A stretch of DNA of 59,522 bases, the filler included, from Sphacelaria rigidula (Eukaryota), in assembly GCA_964200075.2 (NCBI GenBank). It is 4 parts of 4 records of this genome, joined end to end, with 100 filler letters (N's around TTAATTAATTAA, not from the genome) between each part and the next. Parts side by side here need not be neighbours in the genome. Positions count along the whole stretch, not along the records: positions 14,908 to 29,713 come from CAXNAA020002037.1; positions 29,814 to 44,618 come from CAXNAA020002038.1; 2 more parts are not named here. One strand, 5' to 3'. Below the pieces are notes generated by a model. The model was not told the origin of the DNA. It saw only the letters and a program-made list of their open reading frames with translations, and ran no database searches. How positions within the stretch are numbered: position 1 is the stretch's first letter; each line of letters starts with the position of its first letter. A program made the position numbers and the translations under genes. Shown piece after piece: positions 21,401 to 31,939 of this stretch.

Positions 21401-24400
21401 CTTGAAAAAAAAGACTGGTCGGTTTTTAGTTTGCCCTAACATCCAATAACGTATCTGTCTACATATCTCTGTACTGCACTTTCGACTACACTGTGCTGTT
21501 TTTTCACAAGTGATCGACCGGTGACACGACACACCCTCTTCTTGTCTGCCGCTGCCCTAGTATCATCCTCATTAACTGCCGCCCCAACGTATGAATAGGG
21601 AAGAAATCCTCGTAGTGTATGATGTAGTAGCGGCCCGCTCACAAGAAACGAGGTCGTAAGAAAATCAGGCTGGGATTTCCAAGAATAGATATGAAGGTGT
21701 TACTCTAGTGCTCAACGACGAGCGCTACACTGTTATTGTTTTCATTATCTTTTATTTGTCGCACTTTGACCCCCTCTCCCTCCTCGGGACGAATTCGTGG
21801 TCTCAAGGGATCAACCCATCTCTCCCGAGTACACGCTTTGCATTTTGGTCTCGTGGATTGGATCATGACTATCAGCACTCTCGCACCGCGTCCACTCTCG
21901 TCACACGAACTCAGTCAACTACTTTGTTTACGCACATTCTCACGCTTTCCACGGTGAAAATCAGATACCTCCAAGAGAAAGAAAAATGCATCGGGAATCG
22001 AACTCTCGTTTTCTCCACCCTAACAGCGGCAGTCGGATCATTACACCACCGGACCGCGGCTACACTAAGTCTGATTCAGTACGCCTTTGCATCAGATTCA
22101 AAACTCGGAGTGAGCCTGAATATAGCAAATCCGTCGGCAACCACAGCTATTCAATGGTTGGCGTGTCATGTACGAAGAGCTACTGCCGAAACGGGTATAA
22201 TATGTGGAACTGGTTCCGTATTTGCAGCCGTGTGTGTGCAGCACGTCCCCTTGTCGCGATTTCCTTTGGTCACGCCCACAGCAGCGCAGCAGCGACAGAG
22301 AATAGGGCAAGCATCGATGCTGCGCAGTACTTATTACTGATTGTAGCGTTAATTACGACATTGCATGATTTCCGTGTGGCGATATTGCAATGAAGCAAAA
22401 ACTGGTGCTTTCAGGTATATTCTGTGGTGTGTGCGAAGAAATAAATCTGAAAGAGCATTGATGTTGTGATATTTTTGCTGGTGTCATAAGCGCAGGTGGT
22501 TCCAAACGTCTCACTCACCACCTAGTGTATGACAGTCTCGACGACGACTAGCTTTGTCGACGCAGCGAGGGTTGTTGCCGAGGTTTGAGTGAATGCTGAG
22601 ACATGAAGTGTTTGGTCGCGTGTAAGTGCCGTCTGCAGCAACACACACCACGTAACCATGGGCCTTGTATGCTAAATCCTGCGTTAAAAGGGGTATTATC
22701 AACGGGTCTCCCCCCCCCCCCCCCCCCCCCCCCAAATAAAAATAAAATATAAGTAAATTAAATATCAGGCAATATGTCAATTTCAGGACTGACCACAGAC
22801 TTCCCCGCAAATTCTACCGTCGGTTTTTTTCTTGGCATTTTTTTTTGTCGTGGAAATCGGGGGGGAAAAAATATTTTTTCTCGAAATATGTGAAATCTGA
22901 GTGAAGATATGTCCTGTCGATAAGACCTCCGAGAGAAGGTGCGATCAGAAGCTATACCCTCTGGCTTTCAAACGTGGATATACTCTTCTCAGTTCTTGTG
23001 CGTCCATGACATATTTTGGCGCTCGAAACGGCCGCTTTCAGCCTTTTTTGGCTGCCGCCTCTTGATGCGTGTATTGGCAACCACCACCAGCAGAGCTTCT
23101 ACGGTCTAACGAACGAAACAAATGAATTTGAACCAGAAACAAGATGATGCACTTCTCTCGGTCAAGATTGAACTTTAGAAAGAAGGGACGTTTTGATGGA
23201 TATCATGTTGGAAGGATTGGTGAGTGCATGAGTTGATCCGATAGATGAAGCACGAAAGGCAGATGTATTGACAAGTAAGTAGACGAAGATTGGTTGGTCT
23301 GAATTGATGAAGTCATGTCACATACGCCGATCCAGTCGGAGGAGAACAGCTTACACCAGCAGATTGAAGATTTTGTTGAGTCAAGCAGACAAATTTCCCG
23401 TGCTAGAAAGACGAACTCGAGACCTTTCCATTGACGTACAACCATTTTTGTAGGTCTTTGTGCCACCCATTTCCACAAGGTTTTTTTTCACGACGCTTCC
23501 TGCTCTCCCCTATATGCACGATGCTGCTTCTCTCCCATGTGTCTTACACAACATGTCCAATATATACTACACTCCCCGCGTTGATCCTGTTCCCCGGCTC
23601 CTGCTCCCCCCCCGTGCCTCCGGCAGTGCTTTTGCCGAGTGGCGGCGTACCTCGGCGACGCTGATGAGCACGTGGATATTCCCCAACCAGCCATTTTGAA
23701 GCCTGTGGCGTTGTGGACCGGAAAACAGGCAAGATATTTTTACAACATACATGGTCTAACAGTTGACCTTGAGTCATCCATTTGCGTTTCTTGCGCGCAA
23801 TATCACTTCCTCTTTTTTTTTTCTCATCGTTCCGTGTTTTTGTTCTTTTGTTTTCCTCTGCTTCTCCGGCACATGAGTGTATAGATGAAGATAAATGAAC
23901 GAATGAACGAATGGATGATGACGAGTCTGGGGAAGTACAAAACCGACGATGGCGATGGGAAGAAGGATGCGTTCGTCGTCGTCGTTCTTGTTGCTGTTGT
24001 TGTAGCTGTGTCTAGGGAACTTACCTAGCCCACAACACGTCACGATGTTGGCAAACGAATGATGGTTTGCCGCGTTTTTTTTTGTCTTGTTTTGGTGCGC
24101 AGGCGATGTCTCTGCTTGTTCGTCCGGCCAACAAGGGCGGGGTGCTCGTGAACTTCGAGGCTAAGGAGAAGAACTATCGGGGAAACACCTACTTATGCCC
24201 CAGTGACGGGTGAGGTCATATTCTGTCATACTCCACACCCTCCAAAGATTTGGCGAGTACTTCGCTGTATCTGGTGCTGTCAAAATCCACAAAAGCGAGG
24301 AGCAGTAGTAACAAGGGATTAGTTTCTGCGCACGAGTAAACTCATAGTCCACCGTTGTATGGATATGTCGTATTCCTCATTGAGAAAAACGTAGTTTCAA

Positions 24401-25040
24401 AAGTGAGTTCCCTGCCACCCCCGTATCCATCCCAGTTGAGTGGATTATGACCCAACTGCATCACCGTTCCATACACGAAGTAGCAGTGGTGCTCTATCTC
24501 AACATGCACTCGCGCTGCTGTGACAGTCCGCCAAGAGGTAAACTTTCATTTGGCTTGTGCAACCGGGCGCAAACCCATGAACGATCCGGGGCGGCAGGGA
24601 ACGCGCTGCAGTTTCAACAACTGACCGATACATACTCCCCAATATACAACGGCTGGAGCCTCTGTAAAGGCCTGACTTTTTTTTGGAAGGGCGGGTTTTT
24701 TCCTTTTCTTAACGAGATCCAAAAAATCGGTCGTGTGACGGGAAAAAAAGTTATTTCAATATTGTAGCAGATGCTGAGCATGGCACGTACACACCCTCTT
24801 CTCTCGTCATTTATGTTGTCGTTGCGAGTAACGCGCTATCATCACCTCCCCTGTCCACTTCTTCACCCCCGCTGTTTGCTCATTTTTGTCGTTAATGCTT
24901 TTTTTTTCGCCAAGGTACGTACGATATCACAATTCGGAGCTGGTTTGCGGAAATCTTGCTAAGAAGACGCTCGGTGACGGATCTAAGACAGGCCTGTTCT
25001 ACACGCTCATCCGCGAGTACGGACCGTTGGAGGCTGCCCG
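18225..25040 (+). CDS. RPC1: DNA-directed RNA polymerase III largest subunit (RPC1/POLR3A), partial gene: 5 internal exons (711 nt)
   Basis: Exons 18225-18477, 20788-20910, 23627-23728, 24103-24209, 24915-25040 join in frame. [17 protein letters not shown], Pol III-type [48 protein letters not shown]...[33 protein letters not shown]. Confidence 0.93.
18505..18850. repeat. Three diverged tandem copies of a unit of about 110 bp in an RPC1 intron
   Basis: tctcgaacccgtggtcacag..taggctc at about 18536, 18640 and 18757. Confidence 0.85.
19557..20282. mobile_element. piggyBac-type MITE related to 2184-2413
   Basis: tta-ccctgttggaaccgttgatg ... cgtcagtgggatccgaaaggg-ttaa. Confidence 0.5.
20788..20910 (+). 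CDS. RPC1: RPC1 exon ([41 protein letters not shown])
   Basis: tgcag acceptor, GAG|gtgcat donor, 123 nt. Confidence 0.94.
21705..22060 (-). mobile_element. tRNA-headed SINE-like element (family A)
   Basis: A/B boxes at about 22036-22047 and 21994-22004; head matches 1-126; body matches 54110-54250 and 57735-57880. Confidence 0.75.
23627..23728 (+). CDS. RPC1: RPC1 exon ([34 protein letters not shown])
   Basis: ggcag acceptor, non-canonical CAG|gcaaga donor, 102 nt. Confidence 0.9.
24103..24209 (+). CDS. RPC1: RPC1 exon ([36 protein letters not shown])
   Basis: T-rich tract plus cgcag acceptor, phase-2 donor GG|gtgagg; absent from the ORF track. Confidence 0.88.
24915..25040 (+). CDS. RPC1: RPC1 exon ([41 protein letters not shown])
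   Basis: T-rich tract plus caag acceptor; first G completes Gly; phase-2 donor CG|gtgaag. Confidence 0.9.
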
Positions 25041-25822
25041 GTGAAGTTCCGAACATGTTATGCAGCAGGTTTTAGCATCATCATCAATATATGTACATAT
25101 GTGTAGGTATATGTTTTTTTTGCAAAATTTTCTCGTTTAAGGCGTGGATTTCGAGAAACATATGGCAATGGGTCGCGTTACGCTTCATCACCTTTTGCAA
25201 CGTGCGCTGTATGCATGCATGCATTAATTTTTGTGCTTGGTCGGGGGTTCTGCAGTGCACCCTGGTGTGTGTTTGTACCTGCTCTGCTGTTTCTGAATCC
25301 ATTGTGCTTCACCACTTCTGCAGTCCCCTGCCTCTCTGTCCTCTCTTGCTTTCCCCATACTTCTCTCTACGTGTGTGTCCTTTCCTGTCGGTGTATGCCA
25401 GAGCAGTTCAGTCCCTCGCTTCCGGAGTCATCCTATGATAGGGGGGGGGGGCAGTTTCGGCCGTTTTCTCCCACGAAAGTCCACTTGCAATCGTCGTTGA
25501 TAGCAGCACCGGTTGTTTGAACGCGCTTGCTCCTGATAAACAACGTTCATTCATACTGCTTGACACCGCCTTTACCCAAGTACAAGCGCACTGCGAGTGT
25601 ATTAGATCGTCTGAAGCACCTATGAGCCCATTTTTTTGTGGGAATCGAGTACCCGTTCCCCCATCGTAGCATGACTGTCCGTAGGGACCATGCATGAGAG
25701 GGTTCATACCCAAAATCGTGAGGTCGAAGTAGATCAGCTGCAATCTCCGCTCACATTCATTTTTCGCTGCATTGCATCGCCTCACGGTCTGTTCATCATT
25801 CATTTTCACGTAAAAAGCAGTA

Positions 25823-26510
25823 GACCTAGAGCTTTGGTCGTATATCTATGGTTGACAAAGTGACTACTTGATTTTGTGTGTGTTGTGTGTGTTGTCGTCC
25901 CATCTATTCTGGACGCCGGTCTACACCTCTCGGTATATGTGGGCGCATCAGCCGGGGTCACACAGGAGGAAGATCAACACAGGAACTTTCTCTCTTTTTT
26001 TCTGTTTTTGATACCCCACCGTCCTTCTGCGGTACTTGCCTTTATTTTTTATCGCGAGAGGGGTTCAGCAGTCCCTTTCCCTCGTCGGCCGTTACGTCGA
26101 ATTATGTGTACCCACGACATAGCCGCTCTACGCTGTTGGGCATGATGTGAGAAAAAATTCCAGATCGCTCCGAGAATTGAACCCACGACCCAACCGCCAG
26201 AAGGTTTCGTGGTTACCAATTGAGCCACCGGGGCGACCGGCCAGATTTTAGTCTCGAGAAGCTTCTGAGAAAAATCATGATTTGGGGCAGGTGAGCAGTG
26301 GACCCAGCTCGTCCAGAAAGTGTTTTGATTGAAATCGACGCCTGCGGCGTCGATTTCAGATCTGCCAACGCACACTATGCCTAGGGGAATCTATGTACCG
26401 CCCTTATCCGAGGGTCTCGTACGCCTTAGGTCCGGGTTAGAGTTAGGGTTAGCGTTATTGTTAGAATGCTCCAAAAATCAATCATATATGCACGACCAAA
26501 AATCTAGGTC
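25823..26510. mobile_element. TIR-bounded element carrying a GC hairpin and a degenerate TTAGGG tract (interrupted by the SINE)
   Basis: gacctagagctttggtcgtatatctatggttga versus tcaatcatatatgcacgaccaaaaatctaggtc; hairpin gaaatcgacgcc-tgc-ggcgtcgatttc; gggttagagttagggttag. Confidence 0.7.
25876..26243 (-). mobile_element. tRNA-headed SINE-like element with CA-rich tail (family B)
   Basis: Minus strand: gccccggtggctcaattggt (A box) ... gggttcaattct (B box) ... gggacgacaacacacac tail; flanked by a gatttt duplication (25870-25875, 26244-26249); the empty site is visible in the homologous element near 16060-16100. Confidence 0.8.
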
Positions 26511-29436
26511 CCCTCGACATTTGAGCCATCTAGGTTCAAGTTGCCATTGCCCCTTTGGCTGCAAGGATAGGTCACCTGCGGAAGCGGCACCAATTTCCCT
26601 TGAAAAACTACTCCAGAGTAAACCGCCGTGGGCCACAAATGTTCATGGTTGACGTATAACTTGATTTGAGTGTACAACAAGAATCGGATCTTTAGTAGGG
26701 CTGACAGTCCCGTGTGCGCGTCACCTATAGGGAACGCGTTTTCGGTCAAGACTGCTGTACCAAGGCCGCCCTTTGCCTCGGGAATGTATGTACCGCCCTC
26801 ATTACCCGAGGGTTCCCGGTATGCGTTGGGGGTCTACCATGGCCGTACTTTGCCCAGGAATGCTATGTGCCGCCTTTGCTCGAGGGTTCTCGACATGCGT
26901 TGGGCTGGGGCTGGGGTTAGGGGTAGGGATACTTGTAAAATGAGTCAACCATGAACATTTGTAGCCCAGCGTCGGTGAACCCTTTGACCTCGAAGCTGAC
27001 AGTCCATACGGAAGACACATCCTTTTCTCAAGTGAAATTGATGCCGATTCAGAGGACGACCTGTGCCCTAGACCGCGAATGTACGAGTAGTCCATCCGGA
27101 CTACGCCTACTTTTTCAAGTGAAATTGATGCCGATTCGATAGATGACCTACTCTCGCTGTCCAAGGGTCAACCTGCCTCAAAACGTAGGCAATCTGAAGA
27201 TGTCGCGGGCGAAGCCCGTATCACAAGCCAAACCTCCCACACAGAGATGAGGGTAACTCAAAGTGAATTGAAAGAAGCAGGACTATAGCCGAGCGTTCAA
27301 ACTCGGCACTGGCGCAAAATTGAGGACCTCTCCAAAATCAGACGGAGGGCTGAAACATGAGACATTTCCTGTTTCACTACTGTACTGCAGCAAAAACACC
27401 CAAGCCCTAATCATGTGTTGAAGCTTCCGCTATCTGTTCTGTTGTGGTGATGTGTTCACGCATTGCGAACACGGTTTGGATTACACGGGCTGCGATATTG
27501 TCGTTGTGTTCGTCCCTGCAGAAAACAACGTTTGTCGGCACGCAGTGCTGGCTGCACACGGTTGAAAGCTTCATGGGTGTGTTCACTGTCTCCTCTTCGG
27601 TAAGACGAGCAACGCGCTGTCCGTTGCTGCGATACTCCTGCTGGTGCCGTGCGTTGGGCGCCTGTACTGTACCGTGCTCCTGTATTGTGTTCATTCTACT
27701 ATACTGTACGATTCATTATTCTGTATCGTGTTGGAACGCTACGAGGTTAGACCGCACGAACACTAGGTTGGGCTATTACATGTGTATGTACACAAGCAGC
27801 AGCGCTTGTTTCAACATAATTCCTTGTTGTGGGAGGCACGACGACTATTTCAAGGGTCGGACAAATAATGATTCGTCTGGAAATTACTCGGTTTTAGTAT
27901 GACTGATTCGACTCGTACGCATCAAATCAATCCCTAGGCTTTGTTTTCAGCCTTGCAACCCAGGTACACGCAGCCCAGACACGTGAAATGGCGCAAACGT
28001 TGCGTGGGTACCCCTTTGACCAGCGGTCAACTTTTTTCTCCCTTTTGGGCAATCAGGCCGAAGAAATCGTAGATTTGATGATTCTTAGTCGTGAGGATTC
28101 GTCCTAACCGTGAACTAGTTTCACTTTCGTCCCCCATGTTACCAACGCAGCGGAGCCTTGGGTGTATAGACGGTATGTCGTCACTTCAGCTGCGATACCC
28201 CGAAGCGTAGGTCCCAACACACAGTGGGAAAAAATCCTCGTTTATTCAAGAATCCTGCCCTTCAGCAGGATTCTTGAATAAGCCGGGATGGATCCTTTAT
28301 CAAAGATCCAGCTGGGATTCCCGGATCTTCCCGTAGTGATGGCTCGCGGAACATCATTTTTTTTGTTCTTTTCTAGGAAAGGTCGCGAAGTTATCTCCAA
28401 CTTTCAATCATGAGGACAACAAAACGTGACGTGGCCATGCGCAGTAGACTACCAGTTGGTGAAACTGTCAAATGGAAGCTGTTCTTTACCGTTCTTCGCC
28501 GTTCTTGGTTCCCCTTCACGTCATCAACCGGGAGGGATCTTTCTCAAAGATCCATTTGGAGAATCCTCGATGTCATTTCGGGATTTCCGTTGAGTTCTCT
28601 CAAACTCGTAATCCAGGACATCCTGAACTATCCGTCCAATGATTCAGGGTCGCCAAGTTCGAGATACCTCTAGTATATTCTGTTTGTCTGTTCTACCTTT
28701 CCTGTTCATTTTTTATTCTTCTTCAGCTAGCGTTTCAGTTTTGTTTGTTGCGGATACGTCTATCATGTGGATAATGACCACGGCTGGATCATGACTCCTG
28801 GGGTATCAGGTAAAGTGTGTCAACCGATTGGAAAAAAAAAAAAAGTCACATAAACGGGTCCTCAATGGAGCTCTCCGCGTTGACGAAATGGATGTATCAA
28901 ACGTGAAAAGGAACGCACAAAAAACCACGACCATGAAAACTCGCGAAAAAAACACAAAAAAACAAAAGAGATCCCGACATGTGGGACCACACCCTGTATT
29001 GTGTACTAATAAGACTGCACAGGTGTATTGATCCCAACCATTTTATTCTTTATGTGTGCGACTATACTTGTTGAGTGCCCCCAGGGACATCCCTGCACAG
29101 TTACTTCACAGTTGCACTGCTGTGTATATGCCTACCGACGCAGTGGGCTAACTCACAGGTATTAACCTGTGAAGTACCTGCGTAGGGACGTCCCCGTGAC
29201 ATCCCTGTCATTCCTGTCACAAGGACATCGCTGCGCCGTTACTTCACAGGTGCATCCTGTGAGGGAACTCTCTGTTACGGGTTGCATGATCACAGGGATT
29301 TCGGCACCCCCTGCGCTGGTCGTACACAGGTGACCCACAGTGGGGACGTTTGCACACGTGTGTGCCTTGTTTAACTCGCCAACGGCTCATTGCACGATCT
29401 TGTGTTTGCCGCTGACTAAGGCGAAGGCAATGTTCC

Positions 29437-29713
29437 CAGGGTAGGTCGAGTAGAGTATGTACTTTTGAGGACTCGAGTAAAATACTCAAGTATTTACCCT
29501 ACTCGACGTTTGATCAGGTCGAGTACAGCCTCAAATACTCTACTCAAATTTTGAGTACGTCGAGTACGGCCTCAAATATTCTACTCAAATTTTGAGTACG
29601 TCGAGTACGGCTTCAAATACTCTACTCAAATACTCCGGAGTATTGAGTAAGCACTCTCAGTATTACTCGAGTATAGAGTATCACTTCAGTATGACCTCAA
29701 TACTCTACTCTAA
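29437..29713. repeat. gagta/tactc-rich tandem repeats (41-bp unit about x3) at contig end, probably a MITE terminus
   Basis: gtcgagtacggcctcaaatactctactcaaattttgagtac repeated. Confidence 0.75.
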
Positions 29714-29813
29714 NNNNNNNNNNNNNNNNNNNNNNNNNNNNNNNNNNNNNNNNNNNNTTAATTAATTAANNNNNNNNNNNNNNNNNNNNNNNNNNNNNNN
29801 NNNNNNNNNNNNN
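29714..29813. other. Artificial contig linker N44-TTAATTAATTAA-N44
   Basis: Identical 100-nt structure. Confidence 0.98.
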
Positions 29814-31939
29814 ACCACTTGGCTCAGCCGATCTTCGTCGTGTATTCAAGACTTGTCTGCATGTGTACAGGCGTTTCAACTCTCAAATCAGAACTCTTTT
29901 GGAACAAGATATGACCGGAAAATCCCTCTGGAAATTTTCTACCAGAAGCATACAAATGTCGTGTATTACAGAACCAAAACTGCAGTACTATAATAAATGA
30001 TACACTACAGCACGAAGATAGGTATCACACATCACCGTCATAACTGAACAAATACCTACACCCTCCCTTGAAAACTTCCTACACCAGCGATCAATCATAT
30101 CTCGCACCCTGAACAAAGTCCAATCAAACTAAACTAAAATTACCCAACACCCAACATCCAACAAAAAATTCCGGTAAAGTTTGAATGCTTCACATGGCGA
30201 CGCCTTTATAAAAATCAGCGAGTTGCGCGTCGCTGCTTGCATGCTCGATCAATAAATAATTTCCTTATACTAACTCCCTAACAAAATGATGTCGTACGTC
30301 GATGTGTATGCTGTTCTACGAGCTTAACAAATTCTCGGCTAAGGGCGTTATCAACAGGTTTTATTTTTCACGTTTTCCATCCATTTTCATGCAGTTTCGT
30401 CCATTTTCGGCAAGACGTGAGGGCATGTTCTCCATCGGGTTTGGGTTAAAAACAATTTTTTGAAATTCTGTTTTTTCGGAAATATTGCAATGCTTGTCGG
30501 GCAAAGGCAAAGCCCGTCGGGGTTGCGCACCCTCTCTGACACTTTTCAGACAGCAGAACCGTCAGAATGGCATGTGAAATGAAATAGAAAATAGCTCTGT
30601 GCAGCATACTGGCAGATCCGCGAATGGGTCCAAATACCGTTGTATGTCGCCGAAGCACTGACTATAGATACACAAAGACACACACACACAGCGGTACGCA
30701 GTATTGGACCCCTGACAACAAACCTGAAATCAGGCTGACCCTGACCTCCTTATCTGCGAGCGGGCTTGATGTCTCTGGCCAGGAGAGACAGGAAGGGATC
30801 AACTTTCTTGAGTTGCAGATGATGCCCAGGCTGGCGCACTCCTTAAAATTTTCGAAATCTCAGCCGCATTTTTTCTCTGCAGCAGCGGCTGGTTTTAGAC
30901 CATCACAGCGGTTTTACAGACACGCGGCTACAACGTCGCTGATTACTACTGTGGCTGTTGATATACTGCCGCTGTACGTGTGTGCGTGTTGCGTGCGTGC
31001 GTGTGTGCTCAAGTCAGGGCATACCGTCAGTTGACGGTGCTTCGGCGGTGTCCAGTACTGGGCGTGTTTGAGGACGCCTGTTATACACACATATACACAC
31101 ACGCGGTGTATCAATGTAGCAGCGATTGGTTTTAGACCCACGAAGCGCTTTTCAAATAAGCGCGGCTACAGGTCAAGTTGCGGACCGCTTCTGTGGCTAC
31201 AGCTGTGAGCAACTGCTGAGGTCACGGCCGCATCGATAACAACAGCGGCCCTTACCCTCTTCCGATAGAGCACGCCCTGGGCAAAAGTTTCCAATGCAAG
31301 AAGTGGATTGCGTACAGTATCGTACACTTTTCGCCGATATGTAAAGTTGTATCAGTACAGAGAGGGCTGTTGACCTGGTGATATGCCCTCCCTCGCCGGC
31401 TTGAGGAAGCAATTACAACAAATTACCGCCGCTTTTTGCTCTCGACATGGCTCAGAGAGTCACTGGCCAAGCCCTTACCAACTCTCTTACACTGACAAGC
31501 ACTACGGGATGCACACTACCCGATAGCCCAACTAAACCCTACTAAGGGTGAGCGTGGGATGAAATTCATCCCTCTTCGGGTAGTTTTTTCACCCTGTGCC
31601 GAAAATTAACAAGAGTGTTGGTGAAAGAACGCGGCGCTTCCGTTTCGGCAAGAAGATGAAGAAAAACATCCATGTTGCCGAAAATCGATGAAACGGATGA
31701 AAATTGATGAAACTGAATGAAAATTCCAGCCCGTTAAAAACGGACCTAACGCAATGGCTCCTCCATTGTCCTCCAACACTCTGAAATCCTGCAATTTATT
31801 ACTAGGTGCACGAAATTCCACGGTTCGACGCACAATTATAGCCTCTTTCGCCCTATCTCCCATCGCGACGTATTCGACTTCGATGGCGGCAAGGATAAAC
31901 AAAGTATGTGTTCTTGAGAATCATGCTACTGGCGAGCTA

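Noticed and set aside
23207..23430. Solo LTR (TGTTGG...TTCCA)
   Set aside because: No matching target-site duplication and no second copy in the window.
3351..25040. TOP1 next to RPC1 as a functional cluster, or as a giant-virus-like gene set
   Set aside because: They are on different contigs joined by an artificial linker; both are intron-rich, canonical nuclear genes.
26165..26243. Functional tRNA genes here and at 50-123, 21990-22060 and 53941-54010
   Set aside because: A/B boxes are present but the acceptor and T stems are incomplete, and each head continues into a repeated body, as expected for SINEs.
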